Sequence record: PP658200.1
From: Escherichia phage HY126
Strand: one strand, 5' to 3'
Length of the DNA stretch: 64,000 nucleotides
A program made the translations under genes and the position numbers. Below are positions 54,566 through 63,263 of this stretch, in pieces; position 1 is the stretch's first letter; every line of letters begins with the position of its first letter. The notes under the pieces were generated by a model. It ran no database searches. It worked only from the letters and a program-made list of their open reading frames with translations, and was not told the origin of the DNA.

Positions 54566-54784
54566 TTATTTTGACATTTCTTCGATGTCACGACGATACC
54601 CATCACGAACTTCACGAAGAGCTTCAAGGCCACACATAGGCTCGATACCAGTAATGTGAACTTGATTAATCTGATACTCTACATCTTCTAACTGAGCGAA
54701 AACATAACGACGTTCTGCTGCACAACCAGGTTTAGCTTTACCGAAACGTTTATTCAAAGTAGTCATTTTTATATCTCCATTCAC
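54566..54784 (-). CDS. hypothetical protein (72 aa)
   Basis: Minus ORF with own promoter. Confidence 0.5.
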   Translation of the reverse strand: MNGDIKMTTLNKRFGKAKPGCAAERRYVFAQLEDVEYQINQVHITGIEPMCGLEALREVRDGYRRDIEEMSK

Positions 54785-54803
54785 TCATTTGTTTTGATAG
54801 GTC

Positions 54804-54833
54804 TATAGTATCAACAACTACAGACCTTGTAAA
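54804..54833 (-). promoter_or_regulatory. T4-early-like promoter
   Basis: GTTTAC - 18 nt - TACTAT; -10 flanked by AGGTCTGTAG / CTATAGACCT. Confidence 0.5.
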
Positions 54834-54846
54834 CAGTTTTGCGAAA

Positions 54847-55803
54847 TTATTTGAAAGGTTTTACCATATGGAAATTTTGTTTGAAACGTTTGACGTAATC
54901 GTCATGTCCTAAGCTTTGGTACATACTTACTACTTTGCTGTAGTTTTCCCAGGCATACTCACGGAACCAACCAGAGGTGATGCTTGTACAGACTTTTTCC
55001 AATGCCATCATGAAACTGACTTCAGGATTAATTTTAAAGTCATTAGGAATTTGAGAACGTTCTAATGCTAGTACACATGATTCTTCGTATACACCGGCCA
55101 ATTTGACCATTTCTGGTAATGATTCAAACTTCTCGCGTGAGGTCATGACTTCAGAACCATCTTTCATATAAAATGTATACGCTGGACGGTCTGTTAGTGC
55201 AATGGCTTCATGAATAGTATCATGGTCATACGTATAGATGTCATCTTTAAAGAACGCACTTTTAGAAGTGTCAAGAACTGGGTGAGCATAGTTCAAGGTT
55301 TCTTTCTGGCGTTTCAGCATAATTTCAGTAAGTTCATCGTTCAGTGTAACACCTTTACCACGAAGATACTGAATATGGTTCATAGTCTTTAAAAAGAATG
55401 GATTATTTTTCTTGAAACGATGAGACATCTTAATTGCAAGACATAACTCAGGAGTTGCCCAATAAAACCCGTTCAAACGGTCTTTAGACAAATTTTTCTT
55501 GGCGTATTTTAAAAGGTCATAAGAAGACGTGAAATCTTCAGGAGTGAGTTCACCGACTAATTCACGGACATTAGTGATTGCCGGAACAATATATGCTTCA
55601 AAATGAGTTTCGCGTCCATTATGGAAGCATTTGAAAACTTGGACATCAGGGTTATCTTGTTGAACATATACACCCATCATTTGATTTTTGAATGCATTCC
55701 AAGAACCTTGGTCTGCAATAAAGTCCCAGTCACTATTTTTGATAGCGTTAGAATCAATAAGACCATGATAGTGAAGTGCACGAGAACCAATAACTAACAT
55801 CAT
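54847..55803 (-). CDS. hypothetical protein (318 aa)
   Basis: Minus ORF; no motif. Confidence 0.6.
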   Translation of the reverse strand: MMLVIGSRALHYHGLIDSNAIKNSDWDFIADQGSWNAFKNQMMGVYVQQDNPDVQVFKCFHNGRETHFEAYIVPAITNVRELVGELTPEDFTSSYDLLKYAKKNLSKDRLNGFYWATPELCLAIKMSHRFKKNNPFFLKTMNHIQYLRGKGVTLNDELTEIMLKRQKETLNYAHPVLDTSKSAFFKDDIYTYDHDTIHEAIALTDRPAYTFYMKDGSEVMTSREKFESLPEMVKLAGVYEESCVLALERSQIPNDFKINPEVSFMMALEKVCTSITSGWFREYAWENYSKVVSMYQSLGHDDYVKRFKQNFHMVKPFK

Positions 55804-55831
55804 AATATTTTCCTCGGATTAATTCATTAAC

Positions 55832-56083
55832 TTAAATTTCACGACATGCGATATCATATTCATCCCAGAGGTCATCGTGTGAAGCCTCTACCAATGGAAC
55901 GATTGTACCATTTATGTCTTCATTATAAGGGCAAATTGTACAGTGTGCGTCTTCGAATCGGATACCTTTGTGTTCAGATTTTTTATAACGCATATCGAAT
56001 ATCTTTGCAAATTTTTCACGAGTAATGGTTTTACCAACCACTTTGGTTCCGATACTTTCGTAATAAATCATTGTGGACTCCAT
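55832..56083 (-). CDS. hypothetical protein (83 aa)
   Basis: Minus ORF; HCTICPY cysteine pair. Confidence 0.5.
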   Translation of the reverse strand: MESTMIYYESIGTKVVGKTITREKFAKIFDMRYKKSEHKGIRFEDAHCTICPYNEDINGTIVPLVEASHDDLWDEYDIACREI

Positions 56084-56099
56084 TTAATTTGATAGGACT

Positions 56100-56129
56100 A
56101 CTATAACATAGCCCTATCTTGTTGTAAAC
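56100..56129 (-). promoter_or_regulatory. T4-early-like promoter with palindromic GATAGGACTA element
   Basis: GTTTAC - 18 nt - TATAGT; palindrome gataggactactataacatagccctatc. Confidence 0.5.
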
Positions 56130-56133
56130 TGTT

Positions 56134-56331
56134 TTAGCAAGAATAACTAGACGATACCCAGCCTTGAACAGTGATACTATTGTGGGATAATGAGATCGCG
56201 TCCTGGAGATTCAGACCTGCGTTATCTTCAATCCATAACGTAACTTCTTCGCGTTCTTCTGTTGCAATTTGGAACAGGTTTTCCAGAGCAGCTACTGCCG
56301 TACGTACAGCACAATCTAATTCACGAGACAT
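56134..56331 (-). CDS. small protein, C-terminal W-x-SS-x-x-C family (paralog 1)
   Basis: 65 aa ending QGWVSSSYSC; two similar ORFs follow in tandem. Confidence 0.45.
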   Translation of the reverse strand: MSRELDCAVRTAVAALENLFQIATEEREEVTLWIEDNAGLNLQDAISLSHNSITVQGWVSSSYSC

Positions 56332-56340
56332 ATGGTTTCC

Positions 56341-56613
56341 TTAGCAAGTGTGAGAAGATGCGATCCAACCACCAGTTTCGAGGCTTAGGTTGTAGTCGTA
56401 TTGGTAAACGTCGGCCCATTCAGCATAGCCGTTTTTTGTACAACGTTCAAGGTCGGCTTTAAGCTGTCCGGGTGAATGATATGTTCCACCCATACCATAA
56501 GCTGGATACAAGTCGAATGTTGTGTTTTGTTTATCAGCAATTTCTTTGGCAGCCTCAATAGCTGCATAGATTTTTGCTACAGCTTCAGCCAGTTCGGTTT
56601 GTTCTTTAGACAT
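56341..56613 (-). CDS. small protein, C-terminal W-x-SS-x-x-C family (paralog 2)
   Basis: 90 aa ending GGWIASSHTC. Confidence 0.5.
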   Translation of the reverse strand: MSKEQTELAEAVAKIYAAIEAAKEIADKQNTTFDLYPAYGMGGTYHSPGQLKADLERCTKNGYAEWADVYQYDYNLSLETGGWIASSHTC

Positions 56614-56622
56614 AGTGATTCC

Positions 56623-56928
56623 TTAGCACAACGCAGAAGACGAAACCCAAGCACCTTCAGTAATAACGTAACCATTACCTTCACGCTTAACATCGCCACC
56701 ATTATTTTCAATTTCATTTTTCATCCACTGGGATACGATTTCACCCTTAGGATAATAAGTACGACCGCTACCATAATCACCTACAGAAAATGATACGGCA
56801 TATTGGTCTGCGATCTTTGTTGCTTCTTCTTCGATACGTTCAGCTTGATTCAGAAGTTTATAAATTGCATCTGAAGCGGATTTGGCATCATTAAACTCTG
56901 GTACTTTAATTTCAATAATCTTACTCAT
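56623..56928 (-). CDS. small protein, C-terminal W-x-SS-x-x-C family (paralog 3)
   Basis: 101 aa ending GAWVSSSALC. Confidence 0.5.
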   Translation of the reverse strand: MSKIIEIKVPEFNDAKSASDAIYKLLNQAERIEEEATKIADQYAVSFSVGDYGSGRTYYPKGEIVSQWMKNEIENNGGDVKREGNGYVITEGAWVSSSALC

Positions 56929-57284
56929 TTTCTACATTCCTTAATAAAGTTTTCGATTGTTTCATTTTCACGTCTAGCTAGGAGTTCATTATAACTAATC
57001 ATTTGAGAAGCGTAAACCTTTTTATTTTTCTTGTTGTGGTTTATAAAATCGTAGTAAAAATAGACTACAGTACAAAATGATGCGATGGATGCAAAGGCTT
57101 GGGTATACCGTAAGTCCTGCCATTGGTCTGTGAATCCACCAGTGTTCCCTATAAATCCTAACACAACGCCGTCAATAAGAAATCCAACTAATCCAAAGGC
57201 AAATCCCATGCCAATACTCATAATAAAAATTAGAATGTTCTCACCAAGAGAAGGCCATACGGTTAAGAGTTGAGGCTTTTGCAT
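56925..57284 (-). CDS. membrane protein (119 aa)
   Basis: Hydrophobic helices; ATGA-coupled. Confidence 0.5.
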   Translation of the reverse strand: MQKPQLLTVWPSLGENILIFIMSIGMGFAFGLVGFLIDGVVLGFIGNTGGFTDQWQDLRYTQAFASIASFCTVVYFYYDFINHNKKNKKVYASQMISYNELLARRENETIENFIKECRK

Positions 57285-57658
57285 CTTATTTCCTTAACGA
57301 ATTCCATAGCTTCTTCATATTCATACTTTTTAACAGCTTCATCATACTGAGCTTGGGCTTTTGCGCACTGAACTTTCCATTCTCTTAATCGGGCTCTGTG
57401 ATGACGGCCTTGGTGCCAATATCCTACCCAATTAATAGGCATTAATAAAAACGGTACAATAAGTGGTGCGACGAACATTAATGAAAATGCTGCATCAGAC
57501 GATATAACTTCACTAGAATCTAAAACAGCTCCTATAATCATAAAGATTAAAAATGCTAAAGCCAAAATAGGGCCAAATAGTACTTCGTTTGGGATTAATT
57601 TACGTTTGTATTCGTATGCCCAGGGCTTAATTGGCATGTACAGGGTTGGCTTTGACAT
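57263..57658 (-). CDS. membrane protein
   Basis: Hydrophobic helices; start uncertain (track ORF to 57688 overlaps upstream gene by 60 nt). Confidence 0.45.
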   Translation of the reverse strand: MSKPTLYMPIKPWAYEYKRKLIPNEVLFGPILALAFLIFMIIGAVLDSSEVISSDAAFSLMFVAPLIVPFLLMPINWVGYWHQGRHHRARLREWKVQCAKAQAQYDEAVKKYEYEEAMEFVKEIRCKSLNS

Positions 57659-58239
57659 ATTCTCTACATTCCATAATAAATTGCTCAAGGATTAAATTGT
57701 TAGTGAAATTAGGACTAACAACCATAGTTTCATAAAGCGCATCAATAGCACTTAAAGCATCAACTCTTTTAAGCAAAAGCTTGCCTTCATACATAGTTTC
57801 AGAATCGACGATTAACGTAAAGTAATATTTTTTATTATCGACTAGAACTTCTGTATCGATATAAAACATATTAGACCTCAGAAGCTTATCTCTAAAACCA
57901 TAATAATCTTCTGAATGTTCACTGATATATTCCCATTCAGTGTTTAAACAACAAACAGACCACGTAGGAGCGACGAAATCAGTGAATCTAATATCATGGT
58001 CTGCAACTAGTTTAGCAATAGCTCCGATATCATGAATCATAATACCTGGGGCTAATAAAGATTTTCTGCTATGGCTAGCCGTTTTCTCGGTGGTCTCATA
58101 AGAAGCTGACCAGTACCATTTACGTCCGGTTGCAACATATCGTAATGAATCAACTAAAGACGTAGGTGGATTTACCTTATCTCGGAACTCTTCGAACATT
58201 GAGTCAATATCATTATTTTGGTTTCGCATGTTAACTCCT
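57627..58239 (-). CDS. hypothetical protein
   Basis: Start refined to MRNQNNDID with AAAGGAG SD. Confidence 0.55.
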
Positions 58240-58248
58240 TTATTATCC

Positions 58249-58270
58249 AAAAGGAGGACCGGAGTCCTCC
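58249..58270 (-). terminator. possible intrinsic terminator
   Basis: Minus strand GGAGGAC-UCCG-GUCCUCC hairpin followed by UUUUGG; short U-tract. Confidence 0.4.
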
Positions 58271-58278
58271 GTATTATT

Positions 58279-58872
58279 TTATTTCAAAGAGTTAATATAT
58301 TCTTGTACATCAGCAGAAGTGGTTTCGACACCGGCTGGAGTACCATTGAACGTTTCAACACGAGTCAGAGTGTCTTCGATATCAACCTTAGTCAGCGCAG
58401 CGATTTCAATTACATCATCGGCCGTAGAGATACCAAGGGCATTGGCTGCTCGAGTTTCACGAATGTATTCGAGTTTGATTGCCAGATTCTGACGAGCATC
58501 ATCAAGTTCAACCACCTTACGAGCAATTTCAATTCGCATAGCGGCATACCCGTCAGCTTTTGTATTAAGTTGTTCGGCAGTTCGACGATACAGAAGACCA
58601 AGCTTAGCATGCATGGTAACATCTTGTCCTTCAGCCAGGAGCTTACGAATTTCACGTTCCTTAGAAGCGGCTTGCTTATTCTTTTCAATAACAAGTTCGC
58701 GAATACGTTTTTCTTCATTAATAGATTTAACAGAAGCCGTTTTTAGTTCTTTGATTTGGGTAATCAACTTATCTGCAGCTGCGTTATACTGTTCTTCGAC
58801 AGTCAGATTTTTAGCCATAGCAGTACCCAGTTTAGTGCGGATGAATTCAACAAGTTTCTTCAGTGTGTTCAT
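58279..58872 (-). CDS. coiled-coil protein, possibly PspA/IM30-like
   Basis: About 200 aa all-helical heptad-rich sequence; loose resemblance to PspA from memory only; start refined to MNTLKK. Confidence 0.55.
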   Translation of the reverse strand: MNTLKKLVEFIRTKLGTAMAKNLTVEEQYNAAADKLITQIKELKTASVKSINEEKRIRELVIEKNKQAASKEREIRKLLAEGQDVTMHAKLGLLYRRTAEQLNTKADGYAAMRIEIARKVVELDDARQNLAIKLEYIRETRAANALGISTADDVIEIAALTKVDIEDTLTRVETFNGTPAGVETTSADVQEYINSLK

Positions 58873-58913
58873 ATTATTACCTTTCAATTGGTGGTTTATT
58901 ATCCAATGAGAGC

Positions 58914-58942
58914 ATTATACTCTGCTCTCAAGAGTTTGTAAA
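58914..58942 (-). promoter_or_regulatory. T4-early-like promoter; member of a 45-bp repeat pair
   Basis: TTTACA - 17 nt - TATAAT with -10 flanked by GAGAGCA / TGCTCTC; about 45 bp nearly identical to 28493-28521 region. Confidence 0.5.
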
Positions 58943-59170
58943 TTATTTTTTAATCAAATTGACATAAAACTTGGCGTCTTCGGGGTGCATGCCTTCACAG
59001 TATTCTTCAACCATGAACTTCTTAACAGCTTCATAAGGACCGCTCAGATTAAGCTCAGTTGTCCAGAACTTGGAATCTTGGACTGAATCGATACGAACTT
59101 CAGGGTGTCGGTTGCGAATAACTTCTTCGGTGTATTCATAATCAACGACATCAATACTAACTTTAGCCAT
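58943..59170 (-). CDS. hypothetical protein (75 aa)
   Basis: Minus ORF. Confidence 0.5.
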   Translation of the reverse strand: MAKVSIDVVDYEYTEEVIRNRHPEVRIDSVQDSKFWTTELNLSGPYEAVKKFMVEEYCEGMHPEDAKFYVNLIKK

Positions 59171-59216
59171 TTTGTTTTCCTCTTGATTTGATAGGACTAC
59201 TATAACATAAACTTAC

Positions 59217-59381
59217 TTAGATGTAAATTATTTCAACGTCACCTTTAGCTGCTTTATAACCTTCAGCCCAAGATACAACAGAGTTTTTATCTGAGGATTC
59301 AAATTCAGGCATTGGGCTTTCGCCAATGTTCACACAGTATGTTTCTTCATTTTCGTCAAACCAAATAATTAAAGTAGTCAT
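59217..59381 (-). CDS. hypothetical protein (about 54 aa)
   Basis: Start refined to MTTLIIWFDE with GGAGTAAACAAA SD. Confidence 0.45.
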   Translation of the reverse strand: MTTLIIWFDENEETYCVNIGESPMPEFESSDKNSVVSWAEGYKAAKGDVEIIYI

Positions 59382-59440
59382 TTTGTTTACTCCTCTGTAG
59401 TTGATAAGTCTATAGTAACACCGTCCTTGGCGTTTGTACA

Positions 59441-59944
59441 TCATTTATTTTTAATTTTGCAAATTTTTTCTGCTTCAGCAATTGCAGCGTCAATGATGCT
59501 TTGTGCAATTTTATTACTAGTTGACCTGGCAATCACACTAAGAACAATTTCTTTTTCTTCACCACCCCAACCCCAAGTCCTTTGTTCGTGGGTACCTTTA
59601 ACTACAGCTGAAACTTCAACAGAACGTCCACCATCAGAAGTTTTAACATCTACAACCCAATCACCATCTTTCTCTTCTACCCTTGATTTATCCCAAGAAA
59701 TACTAATATATGATTCGCTGTCAATAGAAGTCGCCGGGTTTTTCTCTACCGTAAGACCTTCACTTTCCAGCCATTCAATAGTATTTGCGCATAAATCAGA
59801 AGAACACCTCATCGGAAACCTGCAAGATTTTTCACCTTTAGCTGCAGTGTTATACATCTTTTCTAAAATACGCTTTTGCACGTTTTTAAAAATAGTTTCA
59901 GCAGATTCTTCAGATTTTTTATTCAGTTCGGTATAAAGACTCAT
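59441..59944 (-). CDS. hypothetical protein (167 aa)
   Basis: Minus ORF with own promoter. Confidence 0.55.
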   Translation of the reverse strand: MSLYTELNKKSEESAETIFKNVQKRILEKMYNTAAKGEKSCRFPMRCSSDLCANTIEWLESEGLTVEKNPATSIDSESYISISWDKSRVEEKDGDWVVDVKTSDGGRSVEVSAVVKGTHEQRTWGWGGEEKEIVLSVIARSTSNKIAQSIIDAAIAEAEKICKIKNK

Positions 59945-59972
59945 AACATTTTCCTCATGTTTTTATAGGTCT

Positions 59973-60001
59973 ATAGTAACACATCTAGGGAAGAAGTAAA
60001 C
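59973..60001 (-). promoter_or_regulatory. T4-early-like promoter
   Basis: GTTTAC - 17 nt - TACTAT; SD GAGGAAAA follows. Confidence 0.5.
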
Positions 60002-60032
60002 AACTTTTTCAGTAAGTTATAGACCCCCTAAT

Positions 60033-60052
60033 GGGGACCGAAGTCCCCATTC
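60033..60052 (-). promoter_or_regulatory. UUCG-tetraloop hairpin after gene end
   Basis: Minus strand AAUGGGGAC-UUCG-GUCCCCAUU directly after the stop of the upstream gene; no U-tract; near-copy of the hairpin at 19431. Confidence 0.45.
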
Positions 60053-60053
60053 T

Positions 60054-60680
60054 TTACTTACGAGTTTTTGCATACTGAGCAGCGTCAGCAGCCAAACGAC
60101 CTGCCTGACGAAGTTTTTCTTTAATCGCATCGTGAAGTGGTTGAGTATACTTCAAACCTTCGATAGTCAAATAAAGACGATAAAGGTCTGGGGTATCAAG
60201 GTTGTTGATATGTTGGCCATTACGAAGACTGTTGAATTCACGAACGAGTGAAGATGTATCGGATTCAATATCACGAACAAGCGAAGATAGTTGTTTATAT
60301 TTTTTTTCCAGGCTAGAAGTATCAAACTTAAGAGCAGGAGCTTTAGGAGTTGCTTTTACTTCCGGCTTAGGCTCAGGTTTTGCTATTGCTTTAGGGGTCG
60401 CAGGTTTAGGAACGGTAGGAGCAGGTTTTACTTTAGGCGAACCCGATTTAGCAGAAACACCGCCACTAACAATATCTTTGAATGCTTTAGAAGCTCTGTA
60501 ATATTCTTTTTGGCTGGAAGTGTCGATACCATACATGGCTTGAACGTTTTTGAAAAACTCTGTACTAGTTTTTGTACCAGAAATAGCATCGTAAGCAGCT
60601 TGCCATTTCTCTTTTGTCATACGTACACCGGCTTCGGTGATTACTTCCGTTTCGGCTAAAAATTCATTAAAAGTATACAT
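60054..60680 (-). CDS. internal-protein-like protein with Pro/Lys-rich linker
   Basis: 208 aa; N-terminus MYTFNEFLAE resembles IP capsid targeting sequences; central PKVKPAPTVPKPATPKAIAKPEPKPEVKATPKAP repeat. Confidence 0.55.
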   Translation of the reverse strand: MYTFNEFLAETEVITEAGVRMTKEKWQAAYDAISGTKTSTEFFKNVQAMYGIDTSSQKEYYRASKAFKDIVSGGVSAKSGSPKVKPAPTVPKPATPKAIAKPEPKPEVKATPKAPALKFDTSSLEKKYKQLSSLVRDIESDTSSLVREFNSLRNGQHINNLDTPDLYRLYLTIEGLKYTQPLHDAIKEKLRQAGRLAADAAQYAKTRK

Positions 60681-60724
60681 TGATGGTCCTTAGAAAGTAG
60701 GTTTATTGTTTACTATATTTATAC

Positions 60725-60752
60725 AAAAAAGCCCCAACCTTTCGGAAGGGGC
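60725..60752 (-). terminator. intrinsic terminator (downstream of tRNA/small-RNA region)
   Basis: Minus strand GCCCC-UU-CC-GAAA-GG-UU-GGGGC hairpin followed by U6. Confidence 0.7.
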
Positions 60753-60780
60753 TATATACCTTGTCGGGGTTTCCACCTAC

Positions 60781-61056
60781 TAAGGCAAGTGTTTGTACGA
60801 AACGCCGGGATTCGAACCCGGTTATTAAGCAGTTGACGCTACTCAATATTTTTAAAAGGCCATATCTCGACCATATCCGAACGTTCCGTCAAAAACGCTA
60901 CTCGGCTTACGGCAAAGATATTTCCTCGAATCGATAATTCTTTGCGCCGTTTCTGCTGTGATGTAAGGGGATATTAACAAATCATAAAGATTTATTAAGA
61001 CCAGTCCTTACTCAGGGAACATCAGTCCGACGACTTGCCGGTAGCGACCCGGCTTC
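60781..61056 (-). ncRNA. candidate structured stable RNA / degenerate tRNA region
   Basis: No credible ORF; canonical T-arm CCGGG-TTCGAAT-CCCGG (about 60814-60830) with partial acceptor pairing but no clean anticodon arm; separate 11-bp stem hairpin at about 60921-60962. Confidence 0.3.
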
Positions 61057-61401
61057 TTATTTTGACATATCATCAATTTGTTCTCTACGTCTACGCCATA
61101 GATTAATTACTTCATCAACACATTCAGCATTTGGTATATGACGACAATAGTATAGTGATTCGCGTTTCTGGAACCGATGTTGTAATGGAATTTCGTTTAA
61201 AAGGTCTTTACGGTCAAAGTATTCAAAACTAGTTAACCCGGAACGGTTTTTAAGAAACTTCCAATGTCCGAATTCATTTTGAAAATAGACATAATCAGCA
61301 TGCTGATACAGCGAATTAATTAACCTATCGGAAATAACTGTTTCACGTTCGTTAAAATAAAACGTTAAGTCATGAACTACCAGATAAATATTGCCTTTCA
61401 T
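61057..61401 (-). CDS. hypothetical protein (about 114 aa)
   Basis: Start refined to MKGNIYLVV with GAGGAAAAT SD. Confidence 0.5.
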   Translation of the reverse strand: MKGNIYLVVHDLTFYFNERETVISDRLINSLYQHADYVYFQNEFGHWKFLKNRSGLTSFEYFDRKDLLNEIPLQHRFQKRESLYYCRHIPNAECVDEVINLWRRRREQIDDMSK

Positions 61402-61480
61402 ATTTTCCTCACTTAAAGTTGGTGCCTCTAGAAAGATTTGAACTCTCACCATTAACCTTAGAACGATTATATGCTATCCA

Positions 61481-62146
61481 TTACACTATAGAGGCAATTA
61501 AATTATTTACAATATCTTCTTTATAAACTTCAGCATAATGAAGTTCATATATTTCCCATCCTAATGATTTTATAATATCATGGCGTTCTTTATAATAAGG
61601 GGCCAAAATCTTTTTCTTAGGATTGGAGTAATGTTGGTTTCCATTAACTTCAATAATAATCTTTTTATCTATTAAAGCAATATCCGTGCAATACGCTCGG
61701 TTTTTAACCGGTTGGTATTCTTCAATAAATGAAATTCCGTTTTCTATTAATTTAGATTTCAAAAATTCACAAGGCACAGATTTAAATTTTGTATTTTTCT
61801 TCCAAGGATGTTTATCAGGGTTTTCATTCAACCATTTTTTCCGAGCATTAGATATTTTTATTCTAGATTCCTCAGAGTGTTCTCTACCTAATGAAGCGGC
61901 TGACAATTTTTGTCTAGTCTCTTCCGAAATTACTACAGGGACACCAGTCTTTTTAGATACAACATACTGGTTTAAATTACCTGAAGCTATACGTGCTTTA
62001 TTCATTGCTGCAATGGCTGATTTAGAACTTTCTTTATACAATTCCAATTTAGGGTTGGATTTACACCATCTAGTGTGGTTAGCCATCCATCCTTTAGGTT
62101 TATTAGAAATATCAAATTCCATATTACAATGTTTACAAATGCTCAT
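61481..62146 (-). CDS. homing-endonuclease-like protein (NUMOD3 motifs + Vsr/DUF559-like nuclease domain)
   Basis: Two NUMOD3-like repeats (SEETRQKLSAA, SEESRIKISNA), N-terminal Cys/His cluster, C-terminal …IIIEVNGNQH…KERHDIIKSLGWEIYEL… like DUF559/Vsr endonucleases; start refined to MSICKH. Confidence 0.65.
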   Translation of the reverse strand: MSICKHCNMEFDISNKPKGWMANHTRWCKSNPKLELYKESSKSAIAAMNKARIASGNLNQYVVSKKTGVPVVISEETRQKLSAASLGREHSEESRIKISNARKKWLNENPDKHPWKKNTKFKSVPCEFLKSKLIENGISFIEEYQPVKNRAYCTDIALIDKKIIIEVNGNQHYSNPKKKILAPYYKERHDIIKSLGWEIYELHYAEVYKEDIVNNLIASIV

Positions 62147-62220
62147 TACCAATTATCTCCTATAAAATATAGGAGTATTTATTATTTGGATAGAGCACTT
62201 AATTTACTTCGTTTAAATTA

Positions 62221-62292
62221 CTGGCGCACTTGGACTCGAACCAAGATAAAGGAGTTAACAGCTCCCCGTAATAACCTTTATACGATGCACCA
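62221..62292 (-). tRNA. tRNA, anticodon GUU (Asn); CCA not encoded
   Basis: Folded by eye: 7-bp acceptor (one G-U), U8, A14, GG in D-loop, anticodon loop CUGUUAA, T-arm CUUGG-UUCGAGU-CCAAG. Confidence 0.55.
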
Positions 62293-62298
62293 TTTGTT

Positions 62299-62373
62299 TG
62301 GTGACCCTGGCTGGTTTCGATCCAGCTACCTATCAGTTATGAGCTGACAGCTCTCCCATTGAGCTACAGGGCC
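62299..62373 (-). tRNA. tRNA, anticodon CAU (Met or Ile2), encoded CCA
   Basis: Folded by eye: GGCCCUG acceptor, D-arm GCUC/GAGC, anticodon loop CUCAUAA, T-arm GCUGG…CCAGC, 3' ACCA. Confidence 0.75.
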
Positions 62374-62452
62374 TAAATAACTTTCTATTATGAAAGGCAC
62401 TTTAGAGCACCTTTGGTAATAGAGGGTATGAATTAATAATAACACATAATTC

Positions 62453-62968
62453 TTAAAGCAAATCAATCATTTTAACAGTCGGCAAAACAATTTCTTCTTC
62501 AATATAAGCGAATTCAACACGTTCAACTACACGCAAGAAATCATAGTCGTAGTATTCAGAAGCATAGCCAAGAATATCAATAAGGCCTTGGGATATCTCA
62601 TCGCCTTTCACAAAGAACAGGTCGAATACACGCGATTCGTCTTCTTCAGATTTATTACCAAGGTCGACTTCAATATCAAAGACCTTTTTAATGAATTCTG
62701 GATAAAGCTGGTCTGAGAACAGTCCTTCAACCAAGTATTCATAGATTAAAAGCGAGCAATCACTGAATGGTGTATTACCACAGTAACGTTCAGCTTTAGT
62801 GCTAGAATGACGACTCTTAAATTTCTTCAAGAGATATTTAAACTGTTGGAGCTCATGCTCTTCTACACCAAATAATGTTTTGGTTTTATAGTTGTCGCCG
62901 TCATTTTCCCAAGTAGTGACATCAATTACGTAACCTTTAGGAATTGTACTGCCTAAACAAATATTCAT
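62453..62968 (-). CDS. hypothetical protein (171 aa)
   Basis: Minus ORF; acidic. Confidence 0.55.
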   Translation of the reverse strand: MNICLGSTIPKGYVIDVTTWENDGDNYKTKTLFGVEEHELQQFKYLLKKFKSRHSSTKAERYCGNTPFSDCSLLIYEYLVEGLFSDQLYPEFIKKVFDIEVDLGNKSEEDESRVFDLFFVKGDEISQGLIDILGYASEYYDYDFLRVVERVEFAYIEEEIVLPTVKMIDLL

Positions 62969-62972
62969 TTAC

Positions 62973-63263
62973 TCACCGTACCATATTAATGTAATTATAT
63001 TCAATGCAACATAATTTCAAAGGATTCTTGAAAATATCATATTCAAGAGGACCTTTTTCTGTTTCAATAAAGAAATCAAAGTTCACACTATTAAATTTGC
63101 GGTCTTCCCAAAGTAATTTAACCTGTGAAGATGAACGGTCGACGTAAACCTTTTCAACTTCAAAGTGGGTCAAAATACCATAGTAATCGACTAGTGCTTT
63201 AGCTGCAGCTCGGTCGCTTTCATATCCATTCTCAACGGATTTTACCTTAGCATAAAGAATCAT
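62973..63263 (-). CDS. hypothetical protein (96 aa)
   Basis: Minus ORF. Confidence 0.5.
   Translation of the reverse strand: MILYAKVKSVENGYESDRAAAKALVDYYGILTHFEVEKVYVDRSSSQVKLLWEDRKFNSVNFDFFIETEKGPLEYDIFKNPLKLCCIEYNYINMVR

Noticed and set aside
59427-59936. 169-aa plus-strand ORF overlapping the 59441-59944 minus-strand gene
   Set aside because: Mirror-image ORF; the minus-strand gene has a promoter and SD and fits the operon tiling, the plus-strand one has neither.
60814-60830. Third tRNA gene at the canonical T-arm CCGGG-TTCGAAT-CCCGG
   Set aside because: Acceptor stem pairs only 6 of 7 and no acceptable anticodon stem-loop could be folded at the expected distance; reported as a structured-RNA candidate instead.
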